DNA of 64,000 nt from Eledone cirrhosa (Eukaryota). Positions 45,843-59,799 of this stretch are shown here, piece after piece (the first letter of the stretch is position 1; every line of letters starts with the position of its first letter). The translations under genes and the position numbers were made by a program. Where the stretch lies: assembly GCA_964016885.1 (NCBI GenBank), contig OZ024745.1:89652001-89716000 (forward strand). The letters are read 5' to 3'. The notes beneath the pieces are model-generated. The model ran no database searches, had not been told where the DNA came from, and saw only the letters and a list, made by a program, of their open reading frames with translations.

Positions 45843-46327
45843 CAGCGTGAGATCGGTGTGGAAGTCGGACCTTATTAAAGACCTGAAAATCCACCTCTTC
45901 ATTGCTGTAGTGGAGTCTGTGCTGCTGTGCGGGTCTGAGACTTGGACACTGACAAAGAAACTCATTCAGATGGTGGATGGGTGCATCAGGAGAATGCTGA
46001 GGATGGCTCTGAACATTAATCAGTATACACTGAGGATGAAAATCTCAGAGCTGTATGGGAGCCTCCCAAAAGTCAGCTCAAAAGTGACACAGAGGAGACT
46101 GAGGTTAGCTGGACATGCTCACCAACATCCAGAGTTGACATTGCACTCAGTGCTGCTGTGGGAGTCCCTACATGGACACACTGGAAGAGGAAGACCTAGG
46201 TTAACGTATGTTGATGCCCTAAGGACAGACACTTGTCTGTTGGAGACGGAGGACATGGCAGCGATAATGAGGGACAGAGATCGCTGGAGAGAACTCGTCC
46301 ATGGATCTCGGGAATTTTACCCGCCCT
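45843..46327 (+). mobile_element. RTE-like LINE, 3' fragment
   Basis: VESVLLCGSETWTL..RRMLRMAL..RRLRLAGH..RGRPRLTY..DRDRWRELV, typical of the post-RT C-terminus of RTE-group LINEs. Confidence 0.8.
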
Positions 46328-46411
46328 ATATATATATATAAATATATATATATTTATTTATTTATTAAAATAACAGATTAAAGTTTAAGCAAAGAATCGC
46401 TGCTTTCGCCC

Positions 46412-46440
<29 letters not shown>

Positions 46441-46442
<2 letters not shown>

Positions 46443-48822
46443 AGTTGCATTTATCTTGCTTTATGTTCATACGAGTTATCACCAAGTCACAACCAGTGAC
46501 CTCAAGAGACAACAAGGTCCGCCATGTTCAAGAAAGAACATACATATTCACACATGCATCTTTAGTGTTTAGACTTGTGATGTACTTATATTGACAGAAT
46601 CTTCCTTAGTATATGGGCAGTTCCCATTAGTACTATCTTTTGTATTTCTCCTATACGCGGGTTTCCTGGGATTTGCGATAAGTAATCATTAGACCCCTTA
46701 GGTATCATTCCCAGAGCGCCTACAACCACTGGTATTGTTTTAGTTCTCAATTTCCACATTTTTCCAATTTCTATCTCCAGGTCCTTATACTTGCTCAATT
46801 TTTCAAATGTTTTTATAGATACATTCTTGTCTATTGGAACAGACATATCAATTAGCAGGCATACCCTCTTTTGAAAGTCCTTCAATATTATATTTGCATC
46901 TATTTTTCGGTCTGTTTGGATGCTAAAGTTCCACAAGATTGAGATGTGATCTTTTTCATGTATGGGAGGTGGTTGATGCTCCCACCAATTCTTTTGATGG
47001 GGCAGGTCAAAATGCTTACACATTATCCAATGTATGTATTGTGCAGCTCTGTCATGCCTGTTTAGGTATTCGGTTGGAGCTATAGGACTGCACATTGAAA
47101 TTATATGGTCAATGGTCTCTGGTTGTTTTTTGCATACACGGCATAATCGGCTGCACCCATTTTTTATTATGTTGGCTTGGTAATTTTTTGTTGGCAGACA
47201 CTGATCTTGTGCCGATATAATCAGTCCTTCAGTCTCCGATTTCAGTCCAGAGGATGCCAACCACTGATGGGTTAAAGTTTTGTCAACATCAGGATTGTTA
47301 GCTCGCTCTGGGTATTTTCCATACAGAGGCTTTTCTTGCCATTTCTTAGCCAGTTTCTGTAGCAGTTCTTTCTTTGCAGTTACTTTTACCTGCTTTGCTT
47401 TTCCTGTGTTTTCCATTTCAGCAGTAAATGGGACTTCTGAAATTTGTAGTCCATTACTGTATCTTTGTGCATCTTTTGTAATGGAATATGATCTTTTGAT
47501 GCTTTCGTGTTTCAAAACGAGTTTGATCATCCAATCAGGTGATTCCCTTAGATATGTAGATAATCCAATTGTTGCAGTTTTCAACGCAATGTCTAACTGG
47601 ATTAACCCACGTCCTCCTTCTTTCCTAGGGAGATATATTCTATCTATATCTGCCTTAGGGTGATGCATTCTGTGCATGGTTAAGAATTTTCGAATTTTTG
47701 TATCGAGCCTATGGATCTCTGTGCTTGACCAGTTGATGACATTGTAGGTTACTACTGGTATGGCAAGCGTGTTTATGGCATCGATCCTATTCCTTGCATT
47801 CAATTCCGTTCTTAAGATTGCTCTGACTCTGCGGTAACATTCCTTCCTTATCCTTTCCCTCATTGTCGAGTGCTTGATTCCGTCTCCTTCACAAACACCT
47901 AGATATTTGTAAGTGTTTTCTTGATCAAGTTCTCTTATCACGTTCCCCCGATCAAGATTAATGTCTGAACTCTTCAGCAGCTTTCCTCTGGTGAACGTTG
48001 CTTTGGCGCATTTATCTAGTCCAAACTCCATTTTAATGTCATCACTGAACTGCTCCACAGTGGATAATAGCCCTTGCAATTGTTCATCATTTTTTGCAAA
48101 TAGTTTCAGGTCATCCATGTAGAACAAGTGATTAATGGTTTTGTCATAGACTTTATATCCATGTTTTGTTTCATTGAGCATTTTACTTAATGGTATAAGT
48201 GCGATGCAGAATAAAAGCGGTGATAAAGAGTCACCCTGAAAAATTCCACAATTAATATTAACTTCTCCAGCTTCCAGTGATTTTGTTTCACTATTCAAAA
48301 GGAGTGTCGTTTTCCATGTCTTCATACTGAATGACAAAAACCTCTTGACAACGGGGGATATTTTGAAAATCTCTAAACATTTTCAATCCAACAGTGTGGC
48401 AAACTATCGAATGCTTTTTTATAATCTATCCAAGCAATCGATAGATTTTTGTGTCTATTATGACAATCTTCCAGTATCATTTTGTTAACCAGAAGCTGAT
48501 ACTTACAGCCATATGAGCCTCGTTTACACCCTTTCTGCTCAATGGGAAATAGGTCATTTGTTATCAGGTGGTCATATGTGTATTCAGTTAGGACTGATGT
48601 TAAAATGTTATACATTGTGGTCAAGCAAGTTATCGGTCTGTAATTTTTGGGATTGTTTGTCTCATCATTCTTCGGAAGCAGGAATGTAATGCCGTTAACT
48701 AGCCATGATGGTATCTTTTCTGGCTCCTTAACTATTTCATTGTAAAGTTGGGCTAACAGCTCATGAGACTCTGTGAAGGCATTTATCCAAAAGTTTTGTA
48801 TTTTGTCTTTTCCTGGGGATTT
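46441..48822 (-). mobile_element. R4/Dong-like non-LTR element, family 1, 5'-truncated
   Basis: RT (GIFQGDSLSP, YMDD), CCHC (CRVC..ETIDHIISMC), RHD and restriction-like endonuclease (LIDMSVP..EKLSKYKDL); (ATT)n on both sides. Confidence 0.92.
46586..48337 (-). pseudogene. RT plus restriction-like endonuclease ORF fragment; lacks the RPD residues present in the sister copy
   Basis: 583-aa ORF; an upstream frameshifted fragment lies at 48373-48624. Confidence 0.9.
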
Positions 48823-48843
48823 ATTATTATTATTATTATTATT

Positions 48844-49778
48844 GTTGTTATTCCTTGAATCTCAGTCATTGATGTTGGTTAACTGGAAAGTCCGTTGGAT
48901 TGAATATCAAGCCACTACCTGCAGCCTCAGATATTCAGGACGTATCGGAGGGTTCTTGCTGTTCCAAGCAAGCATGCCTTTTGAAGCGTTCCAAAAAGCG
49001 TGAAGGGCAGATTTTCTTTAACCATACCTGGAAACTTTTGGAGATAGTCCCCAGTGCGCCTATGACAATCGGGATCACTTTGACTTCATGGCAGTTCCAA
49101 ATCCTTTTCACCTCCCACTTTAGGTCCTGGTATCGGTTAATTTTCTCCTTCTCCTTCTCTTGCACTCTCGTGTCGAACGGGCAGGCCACATCCACAATCA
49201 GACACGATCTTTTTTCTTTGTCCACAACCACCAGGTCAGGTCTATTGTGTTCCAGTTTTTTGTCCGTCTGTATCCTAAAATCCCACAGCACCTTCACCTG
49301 ATTGTTCTCCATCACCACCTCTGGCCTATGCTCATACCATTTCTCAGAATGTAGTAAATTGTTTACTTTGCACAGGTGCCAGTGGATCACCCTGCCCATC
49401 ACATCGTGTCTCCAGCCCTTATAGTGGGTCTGGGCTAGGTGTTTACACTCGGACACAATATGAGCCACAGTCTCCTCTCTCTCTCCACAGATCCTGCACA
49501 GAGGGCTAGCCTCCAGATGTTATGCATCCGTCTCCTGTAGCCCCTCTCCTTGGGGTTACTTTTCAGGTAACATTGCATAACAGTTCTATTCAATTCTTTC
49601 GTCCAGTTGATTCTGGCCCCTTTCCTTCTTCTCCTTCCTCCAACATCAGCTGTATTTGGTTGACAGTCAGGTTCCTGCTGCTGAGCCAGGGGGCATCTGT
49701 TGGGTGAGAGTCTGTCACATGACGTTCTAGTCTCCATTTCACCGTTATTCGAACTGTTTATGTTCGATATTTAAACAC
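48844..49778 (-). mobile_element. R4/Dong-like family 2, internally deleted copy keeping both termini
   Basis: 48844-49514 matches 60742-61415; 49512 onward matches 63993 onward; (ATT)n flanks. Confidence 0.88.
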
Positions 49779-49821
<43 letters not shown>

Positions 49822-50010
49822 GGCGACCTACGTAGTAAATCGTATCATCGTTATTTCCGTTTGTTAAAAATTGCCATTTATGGAAAATTTTATTGTTAAC
49901 TGTTTATAAGCACACATACATTGTTTTCCGAAAAGGACACCCAAAAAGATTGGGGCCTTGTGCCCAAAATTTTAACTTTTATTGTTATCCAAAAATTTCT
50001 TTGAAAAAAA

Positions 50011-51969
50011 ATGGCTAATTCCCCTCTGCACGAAGCAGCTGAAAGCCTTACTCACAAAATAACACCTCACACCGACACCACCATTGTAAATGTTACTACG
50101 TTTACCAACACAAAAAGAAATATAAGCAGTAGCAATATTTTAAATTTGTCTGAGGCAGACATTCATTTCCCGCCATTACCAATGACTGCAGGTGTTAAAG
50201 CCTCCACCACCACCACCGCGACAACCACCACCGCGGCAACAGAAACAAAAGAAGAAAAAAATAAATTAACTCGTGATGTCGAAATGAAATCAAGCAAAAT
50301 GGACTCTTCCGCACCAAAGACGAATGACGTCACCACCACCACAACTGAAACAAAAATTAAGATTAACACAAATAACGATAGCAACAACAACAACAATGAC
50401 ATTATAAAACCGACCCTCAGTTTCGCCATCGTAGCAAAACAATTCGAAGCGTTCACGGTAACTCAAGAAGATTTAGAAAATGCCAAACAAATGGTAAAGA
50501 AAGATGGGTACAGGGTCAGCCTCATCCCCCCACCTAATAAAATGGAGCATCGGCGCCTGTGCACCGTGTCGTATAGAACAATAAATGTAAAATCGCGCCG
50601 AGTGGAACGGGCATCCGAGTCCCAAATCCAAAAAAGCTTTGGGACATGTATGGGCAAGAAAAACCCACATCAGACGTGGGCAAAAGTATGGAACCGTGGA
50701 TGTGTTCTTTGAAACACCAGAGGAGGCTAGAGAACACTCCATGGCCCCATTAAAAAGTGACGACCTCACACTCGTCCCAAGCTATTGTGGCCAGAGACTC
50801 GTAAAGATCAGGGTGACCCACGTTCCACCGGCCATCGAAATTCCCTGGCTAATAGCGGCTGTCCTCGCCGGCATCGAAGCCAACACGAAAATAATAGCAG
50901 TAGCAAAAGGAAAGCAGGAAAACTGGTCCGGATCTGGGATGGAGCTCCTGATCCAAGCGGACCAAAAAAGCATTGAGGAGATCCCAGAGGTAATAGACCT
51001 CACTGACGGCAGCCACCTCACGGAAATTGTCGAGGGCAGAAGACCTAGGTGTGTCGTTTGTGGTGAAGGAACCCACCTAAGGGCTTTCTGCCACCTCTCC
51101 TACCCACCCCAGTGACACAACCATTAACACCACCAGTAGCAGAGATGGCAGCAACAACTGTAGCAGCAACAACAGAAGCAACTATAACAGCAACAACCCC
51201 AGCAACAGTAGCAAAACCAACACCACTACCACCACCAGCAAAACCAACACCACTACCACCCAACGCTTCAGAACTAGCACCAGCGCCTACACCATCCACC
51301 ACACCACAACCAAAACTAACGGCTGTGGAGGATTTTCCACTCCCCGGCCTATCACAACTGGAGACAGATTGTGACGACGAGGAGTGGGAAACGATATCCG
51401 GAAAAAAAAAAAGAAACCAAAAAAGAAAATATTCTCTTCCTTCCCCCTCCAAAAACAAAATACAGAGGGAAACAAATAAACAAAGAAACAAAAAAGTTAG
51501 GACAGATATGCCACCATCCACACCAGCATCACCAACCCCATCAACCCAAACACCAACACCATCACCATCATTATCCCCAGCACCACCATCACCTACACCA
51601 CAAAAGTCACCAAAATGCGAAACAGAAACAAACCCACGACAAACGCAAACAAAACAAAACAACCAAAACGATACACACTACACAGCATTAAATTTGAACA
51701 ACAAGCAATTATTACACTACATCCAACACAACACCAGCATCACAGAAAAAGACTACACAACAACCCCAAAATTCACACCACCTCCACACATACAAATCAC
51801 TCCCATCACACAGAAAACGTACATGACACTAAAACAAAAATTCCCCAAAGACATCGGAGACTTCCGACAAGCACTCTCCAGGAGGATTTATAAGGACATC
51901 CTTCCTGAGGAGGCCACAAGCAGTGAAAAGGATGGAAAAGCCGTCCTTCCCCTACGAGAAGTAAGGTAA
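50011..51969 (+). pseudogene. ORF1 (gag-like), frameshifted
   Basis: Three overlapping ORFs; zinc knuckle CVVCGEGTHLRAFC; Pro/Thr-rich tail with a basic cluster. Confidence 0.8.
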
Positions 51970-52003
51970 GTGGTCTTTCCCATCTTTTCCACTCCTTTTC
52001 AAC

Positions 52004-55000
52004 ATGACCTCACTCAGAATAGGCAGCATAAATGCTCGTGGCTTGGGGTCGTCATGGAAGCAGGGCCACCTGCTCAACGACCTCAGGTCACTAAACATAG
52101 ATGTAGTGGCCATCAGCGAGACCAGAATCTCCGAAGCACAGGCTTTCGCACCGATCTTCGGCGGCTACGATGTGTACGCATCTCCCAGCCGTCCGGGATC
52201 GGGGGGAGGAGTTGCTGTGCTTTTTCGGAGAGGTTTGGATCTTGCCATACGGGCCATCTTCCTGGACCCACAAGGTAAGTTGGTGGTGCTGGACGTGACC
52301 AGCGGAGACGGCCAAGCTTTCAGGTTAGTGGCCGTCTATGCCCCGACAGGAGCAGGGCGGCCTGACTTCTTCCGGCGTCTGGAGACCTTTCTTGGAACGT
52401 CCCGCTCTTTAGTGTTAGTGGGCGACTGGAACGGGATCTTAGATGCACGCTGGGATTGTGTGGGATTAGTGGATAGGGAAGGAGGGTGCAAGAGTCTCAC
52501 CAAACTGCTCAGACGTTTTGAACTGTCTGACAGGTACCGAATGGATTTCCCGAATGTACCAATGTGGACTTGGACAAATCGCATAGGGTCATCCAGATCA
52601 TATCTAGATAGAGTATTTTGTAGGGAAATAGATAGGTCTAGCATAGGCTCGCCACAATTAAAGATAGTCAGCTACACGGACCACAAATTCGTGATCTGTG
52701 TGCTTGACTTAGATAGGCTTCATAGACGAGGATCCGGCTACTGGAAGCTAAACGCGTCCTTACCAGCGCGCAAGGCCTACAGAGACCGGATTAGCGAACT
52801 AGTTAAGCGGGCGTTGACGGGGGCCATCGTCAACAACAAGTGGTGGTTTGCTCTGAAAAGAGCAATTAGAATAGAGTCCATTAGGTTTAGTAAGACTTTA
52901 GCAATAGAGAAAAATAGAGCAGAGGGAGAATTAGTTAGAAAATTAGATGAAGCGCTTAGCAAAGGCATCGCGACCGACGTACTTGCGGCGAAATTGGCCC
53001 TTGACCAATTCTTCAATGCAAACCACGAAGGCTGCGTGCTCTCAGACACGAGGGGACGAAAGCCGTTCAATGGGCCCGAGTAGCGGAGGCGCGTCGTGGC
53101 AACAAAGCCACGATCCGGTCTTTGGTGGACCACGACGGGCGCATGCTACTCGATCCCGGGCAAATGTGTGAAGCTTTTCAGCGACACTTCGCTCAACTGT
53201 TCGGGGGCAGTGGCGGGCCGGATCGAGGGATGGACTTTAGTGTCTACCTCGACGGACTGCCGCGGCTTTCGGCCACTGAGGCGGAGTGTTGCGAAAAGCC
53301 GATAACAACCGCTGAAGTACGGGATGCAATGACTAGTTGCACAAGGGGTAAATCGCCTGGTTTGGATGGTCTGCCCTATGAACTTTACGTACAAATGCCA
53401 AACTTGTTCGGAGGCCTCTTGGCGGACGTCTACTGCAACTGGCAACAGAACGGGAGAATTCCCAGCTCTGTGAGACGAGGAGCGGTGGCGCTGCTGAGAA
53501 AGGATCCGAACAAGGGGGATAACATAGATAATGTTAGGCCCATAACTCTGCTAAACACAGAGTTCAAGATTTTGGCCAAGGTGCTAGCAAAGAGGTTGGC
53601 GCTTGTCGTTAGTGGTCTGGTGGGAGAGGCACAGACATGCGCCATTCCCGCCAGATCCATCCACGACAACCTCCACCTCATGCGATACATCGTAGAGAGG
53701 GTAGCTAGGGAACCTGGCACGGGTGGGTCTTTGATCAATTTAGATCAGTCGAAAGCCTTCGATAGGGTCGACCATCGTTACCTAGCGGCTGTCCTGAGGG
53801 CGGCTGGCTTTGGGCCCATCTTCAGAGGCTGGATCGCTGCCATGCACAGCGACATCTGCTCTGTAGTGAGAGTGAACGGTCACCTTTCGGAACCGTTCAA
53901 CATCATGCGCTCGGTCCGCCAAGGATGTCTCCTCTCGTCCCTATTGTACGTATCGACTCTCGAGCCATTACTGCACAAACTGGAGACGTTGAGGGGGGTC
54001 CCGCGCGAACTAGGATGCGGAAGATCCGTGTCAGCATATGCCGACGATGTCACCGTAGTGGTGTCGAACGCAAAACACATCGAGGCGATCGGCACTACAC
54101 TAAGAGAATACGAAGCGGTGACAGGAGCAATGGTCAACCAGGAAAAGTCAGTGGGCCTGCAGCTCGGCACCTGGAGAGGCAGGTCCATGCCGTCCAACAG
54201 CGTTGTCGGGCGCTGGACGGACGGACCGGTTAAATTGCTAGGGGTCTGGTTCGGTCCAGACCTCCAGACGGACAAAAACTGGGACGAGGTGACGAGCAGG
54301 GTGGCTTCTCTCACCCAGAAATGGGCCGAGAGGAAGCTATCCCTGAAAGGTCGAGCGGAGGTGGCGAATGCGTACATCGCATCCGTCATCTACTACCGCC
54401 TGACCGTCGTACCTTGTCCTAAGCCCCGCCTGACTGCGCTGGAGCGTTTGCTCTTTCGCTTCTTGTGGAAGGGACGCGCTCCGATGGTCAGGCGGTCCAT
54501 CTGCTGTCAACACCCGCTACGTGGAGGGCTGGGCATGCCGTGGCTGATGATGCGCAGACACGCGCTCAGGCTACGACATCTCCACCTCTTCCTCGACGGT
54601 GATCAGGTGTGGTCGCCGTTTGCAAGACACGTTTTTCCCCAGCTCGTCTCCTTGACGGAGCTGCAGTCCTGGGTCAAGCGAAGACCGAGAGGGAGCGCTT
54701 GGAGACGGGAATGTCTTCAGGCGCTCACAGCCCTCGACCAATCGGGCAATGTGATCGGTGGAAACTCCACCTTGGCGTTCTATAGGGGATTAGTGGAGTG
54801 GAAGAGCGACGACGTACTTGGAGAAACTCTAGGCGTCGACGAAAATTAACTAGCCAATCTCTTCGGATGGACTTTCGGGCCGGGGCCTATGGACAACTTC
54901 CAGAAATCCCTGGCCTGGCAGTGCTACCGAGGAGCTTTGCCAGTTCGGGATAAACTCTACAGGCATGGAGGTGCCGTCAGCTGGGCATGTCCGAGATGCG

Positions 55001-55404
55001 CGCAGGGCGACGAAACCGTCCTGCACGCACTCGTCCAGTGTCCGAGCATTGCTGACTTGTGGGTTTATGTCGAACATCTGCTGTCACGTGTAGGACGGAT
55101 CCAGCTATCAGCTGAGTCCATCGTGAGGATTGCCCCGCCCCCTTCCTTTAGCCTGGAAGGGCAGGCAGTTTTTATCTGTCTGGTGGCCATGGCGAAAGAG
55201 ATAGTATGGCGGACACGTTTGAAAGGGCTGAAGACGAGCACTTACCTCTTCGGTGATGCCCTGATTAACTTTTTCAAATTTCATTTGAAAAGGAAAATCA
55301 GGGTAGAGAGGGAAGTGCTCTCTTCCCAGCATTTTGTTGAAAGATGGGTGAGAGAAGCAAGTATGGCCCGAATGAATGGGCCTTCTCTGAGTATGTGTCT
55401 GTAA
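52004..55404 (+). pseudogene. ORF2: APE endonuclease, RT and C-terminal zinc finger; frameshift near 53040, stop at 54847
   Basis: SINARGL, ISET, VYAP, GDWN, YLDR, TDH, GYWKLN; KSPGLDG, RPITLLN, DQSKAFDRVDH, VRQGC, YADD; CPRC..ETVLHALVQC. Confidence 0.93.
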
Positions 55405-55646
55405 ATTAAAGGTGGAAAACTGGGAGAGGGCACTTGCCCTGGTGCTCAGGGCCACTGTGGTCTTTTAATGGGCTTTCTCCACAAATGTCCCTTGGAAGTC
55501 TCCCCCCTATTGGGGAATTTTTCTTTGTTATTTTATTTCAACCTCTGTTTTTTTACACGCAGAAATGCCCATTTGTACCGTCCTGTATTGTCCTGTACTG
55601 TCCTTAATGTCTACTTTATGTGAACCCTTGTGGTTAATAAAGAAAA

Positions 55647-55698
<52 letters not shown>

Positions 55699-55700
<2 letters not shown>

Positions 55701-58700
55701 AGTTGCATTTATCTTGCTTTATGTTCATACGAGTTATCACCAAGTCACAACCAGTGACCTCAAGAGACAATAAGGTCCGCCATGTTCAAGAAAGAACATA
55801 CATATTCACACATGCATCCTTAGTGTTTAGACTTGTGATGTACTTATATTGACAGGATCTTCCTTAGTACATGGGCAGTTCCCATTAGTACTATCTTTTG
55901 TATTTCTCCTATACGCGGGTTTCCTGGGATTTGCGATAAGTAGTCATTAGACCCCTTAGGTATCATTCATAGAGCGCCTACAACCACTGGTATTGTTTTA
56001 GTACTCAATTTCCACATTTTTCCAATTTCTATCTCCAGGTCCTTATACTTGCTCAATTTTTCAAATGTTTTTATAGATACATTCATGTCTATTGGAACAG
56101 ACATATCAATTAGCAGGCATACCCTCCTTTGAAAGTCCTTCAATATTATATCAGGTCTATTTGCATCTATTTTTCGGTCTGTTTGGATGCTAAAGTTCCA
56201 CAAGATTGAGATGTGATCTTTTTCAAGTATGGGAGGTGGTTGATGCTCCCACCAATTCTTTTGATGGGGAAGGTCAAAATGCTTACACATTATCCAATGT
56301 ATGTATTGTGCAGCTCTGTCATGCTTGTTTAGGCATTCGGTTGGAGCTATAGGACTGCACATTGAAATTATATGGTCAATGATCTCTGGTTGTTTTTTGC
56401 ATACACGGCATAATGGGCTGCACCCATTTTTTTATTATGTTGGCTTGGCAATTTTTTGTTGGTAGACACTGATCTTGTGCCGATATAATCAGTCCTTCAG
56501 TCTCCGATTTCAGTCCAGAGGATGCCAACCACTGATGGGTTAAAGTTTTGTCAACATCAGGATTGTTAGATCGCTCTGGGTATTTTCCATACAGAGGCTT
56601 TTCTTGCCATTTCTTAGCCAGTTTCTGTAGCAGTTCTTTCTTTGCAGTTACTTTTACCTGCTTTGCTTTTTCTGTGTTTTCCATTTCAGCAGTAAATGGG
56701 ACTTCTGAAATTTGTAGTCCATTACTGTATCTTTGTGCATCTTTTGTAATGGAATATGATCTTTTGGTGCTTTCGTGTTTCAAAACGAGTTTGATCATCC
56801 AATCATGTGATTCCCTTAGATATGTGGATAATCCAATTGTTGCAGTTTTCAACGCAATGTCTAACTGGATTAACCCACGTCCTCCTTCTTTCCTAGGGAG
56901 ATATATTCTATCTATGTCTGCCTTAGGGTGATGCATTCTGTGCATGGTTAAGAATTTTCGGATTTTTGTATCGAGCCTACGGATCTCTGTGCTTGACCAG
57001 TTGATGACATTGTAACTGTAGGTTACTACTGGTATGGCCAGCGTGTTTATGGCATCGATCCTATTCCTTGCATTCAATTCCGTTCTTAAGATTGCTCTGA
57101 CTCTGCGGTAACATTCCTTCCTTATCCTTTCCCTCATTGTCGAGTGCTTGATTCCGTCTCCTTCATAAACACCTAGATATTTGTAAGTTTTTTCTTGATC
57201 AAGCTCTCTTATCACGTTCCCCCGATCAAGATTAATGTCTGAACTCTTCAGCAGCTTTCCTCTGGTGAACGTTGCTTTGGCGCATTTATCCAGTCCAAAC
57301 TCCATTTTAATGTCATCACTGAACTGCTTCACAGTGGATAATAGCCCTTGCAATTGTTCATCATTTTTTGCAAATAGTTTCAGGTCATCCATGTAGAACA
57401 GGTGATTAATGGTTTTGTCATAGACTCTATATACATGTTTTGTTTCATTGAGCATTTTACATAATGGTATAAGTGCGATGCAGAATAAAAGCGGTGATAA
57501 AGAGTCACCCTGAAAAATTTCACAATTAATATTAACTTCTCCAGCTTCCAGTGATTTTGTTTCACTATTCAAAAGGAGTGTCGTTCTCCATGTCTTCATA
57601 CTGAATGACAAAAACCTCCTGACAACGGGGGATATTCTGAAAATCTCTAAACATTTTTCAATCCAACAGTGTGGCAAACTATCGAATGCTTTTTTATAAT
57701 CTATCCAAGCAATCGATAGATTTTTGTGTCTATTATGACAATCTTCCAGTATCATTTTGTTAACCAGAAGCTGATCCTTACAGCCATATGAGCCTCGTTT
57801 ACACCCTTTCTGCTCAATGGGAAATAGGTCATTTGTTATCAGGTGGTCATATATGTATTCAGTTAGGACTGATGTTAAAATTTTATACATTGTGGTCAAG
57901 CAGGTTATCGGTCTGTAATTTTTGGGATTGTTTGTCTCATCATTCTTCGGTAGCAGGAATGTAATGCCGTTAACTAGCCATGATGGTATCTTTTCTGGCT
58001 CCTTAACTATTTCATTGTAAAGTTGGGCTAACAGCTCATGAGACACTGTGAAGGCATTTATCCAAAAGTTTTGTAGTTTGTCTTTTCCTGGGGATTTCCA
58101 TTTGCTGGTTTTTCTTAGAGCCAAGCGCAACTGTTCAACTGTTATATTTTCCCATGTTTGTTCTTCAAGGTGAGCTGTATCTTTCATTTGTCTGTCTATC
58201 CATGGGGCATGTGTGTTATGAACTTTTTCTTCGGCCCAGATCTTTTCCCAGAATTCTTGCACTTCCTCCTTGGGTGGTATTGATTTAGCAGTTATTGTTG
58301 ACTTACCAATTTTTCTGTAGAAGTTTCTTTGGTTGTTTTTGAACATATTATTGTCCTTATAGAATCTAGATCGTTTTTCAAAGCGCCTTATACGAGCAGC
58401 CTTGGCCGACACATTTTGCTTGATTGTTTCTATCAGCATGTCTATGTCACATGTTGATCTTATACTGTACTTTTTTTTCAATTTTCTAAGTTTAGTTTGT
58501 TTAACATGTTCACCTACTTTATAGTTTGTTAAAATTTCTATGTCAGATCGGAGAAGGTTTATTTGGTGATTGATGTTCTCTTGCCAAGTAGATTTCTTGT
58601 GGGAATTCCTTTGTTTTTTCATCTTCACTCCACATAAGTGAGTGGTGACTTTAGCCGATGCATAATAGAGATGATTTAAGTCAGTAATGTTTAGTTTGTT

Positions 58701-59675
58701 TGTGATGATAATGTTTTTGAGAATTATGTTAGTCTTGTGTATTATCTTTTGGTTCTGTTTGGAGTTCTGGATCTTAGGGAGGGTGTCTCGTTGCCCCATG
58801 TCAGATTCTTTCATTTTCATCCATTCGATCATAATTTCATCCGTCAAGTTGGCAAGTTCATTCTCATTCATTTCTTTATCATTTACGATCTCATTATTTT
58901 CATTTGGAGTTTCATCCTGAGCATGCACTCCCTCCACTTTTTCGCTCCTTTCTTTAATTTGTTCTGTTGCCAGTGATTCCGCCCCAACCCTGGGATTCGA
59001 AGTGTTACAGTTTACCTCGTTTTCACTGACACATGCTTCATTTTCCCTTCGCTGACTTTGTGCTAATAGCTTGATCTGATCAATTTCTATATCAGTTAGT
59101 AACTTTTTTCTTACAATATTTCTTCGTATATTGGCTAGTTTGTTACTGTCAATATAGCCTCTGTTTTCGGGATGTTTCTTTTTCCAGTTGATATATGTTT
59201 GTTCTCTATTCGATGTATTTGATGGGTAGTACATGGCAGTGTAGAAAGCCTCAAGGACTTCTTTATTATCTTCCCTTGACCATTTTTCTCTCTTTTTCTT
59301 TGGATTTCTTGGTGGTGAGCATGGAGGGCCAACAGTAGGAGTATTCCGGTTATGGGAGGTCTCCAGCTCCGAAGTGATGGGAAGGGTTGAACCATTAGCA
59401 GATTTTTCGACCCCAGTCTGGTTCCTCTCTGAAGGACGCGGCCCTTTTTTTACCCGGGTGACGGCCGATCCGGTATGAGATTTTATCATTAGACATTTAC
59501 TTTATTTTGTCGCGTTTTAACCTTATCCGCCAAGGGGTAATCATTTCGTGTTACCACTTCTAGAACGAGTGTCAACCAAGACTAGAGGGGTCGTTCTCCC
59601 CTAGAGACATGGCTATTCCCCGCCGGCCGCCATCCCGGTATTTCTTGGTCACGGGGTTTTCTTTTTGTTGTTGTT
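55699..59675 (-). mobile_element. R4/Dong-like family 1, full length
   Basis: Near-identical to 46441-48822 over the shared part; single long ORF plus a structured 5' leader. Confidence 0.92.
55844..59489 (-). pseudogene. Single ORF (RT, CCHC, restriction-like endonuclease); frameshift near 56430 and a late stop
   Basis: 1037-aa ORF (KSPGKD, YRPITCL, EQKGC, DYKKAFDS, YMDD) continued by a 131-aa ORF (RPDIIL..IDMSVP..KYKDL). Confidence 0.92.
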
Positions 59676-59799
59676 TTTAAATTGTTATTATCATGAGTGG
59701 TTCCTTAATGTGAGCATTGCGTGGCTTAAGAATGAAATTATTAATAATTGTCTCCACTCCAGGCACAAGGCCAGCAATCACCCAGTGCATCACAATAAT

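Larger units (their letters stand above)
49822..55647 (+). mobile_element. Tx1/L1-group non-LTR retrotransposon, apparently full length, inserted in (ATT)n
   Basis: Two-ORF layout; 3' aataaagaaaac followed by (ATT)n; (ATT)n also upstream. Confidence 0.9.

Noticed and set aside
59521-59656. Canonical HDV-like ribozyme
   Set aside because: P1.1, P4 and the catalytic J4/2 could not be placed; kept only as an unclassified structure.
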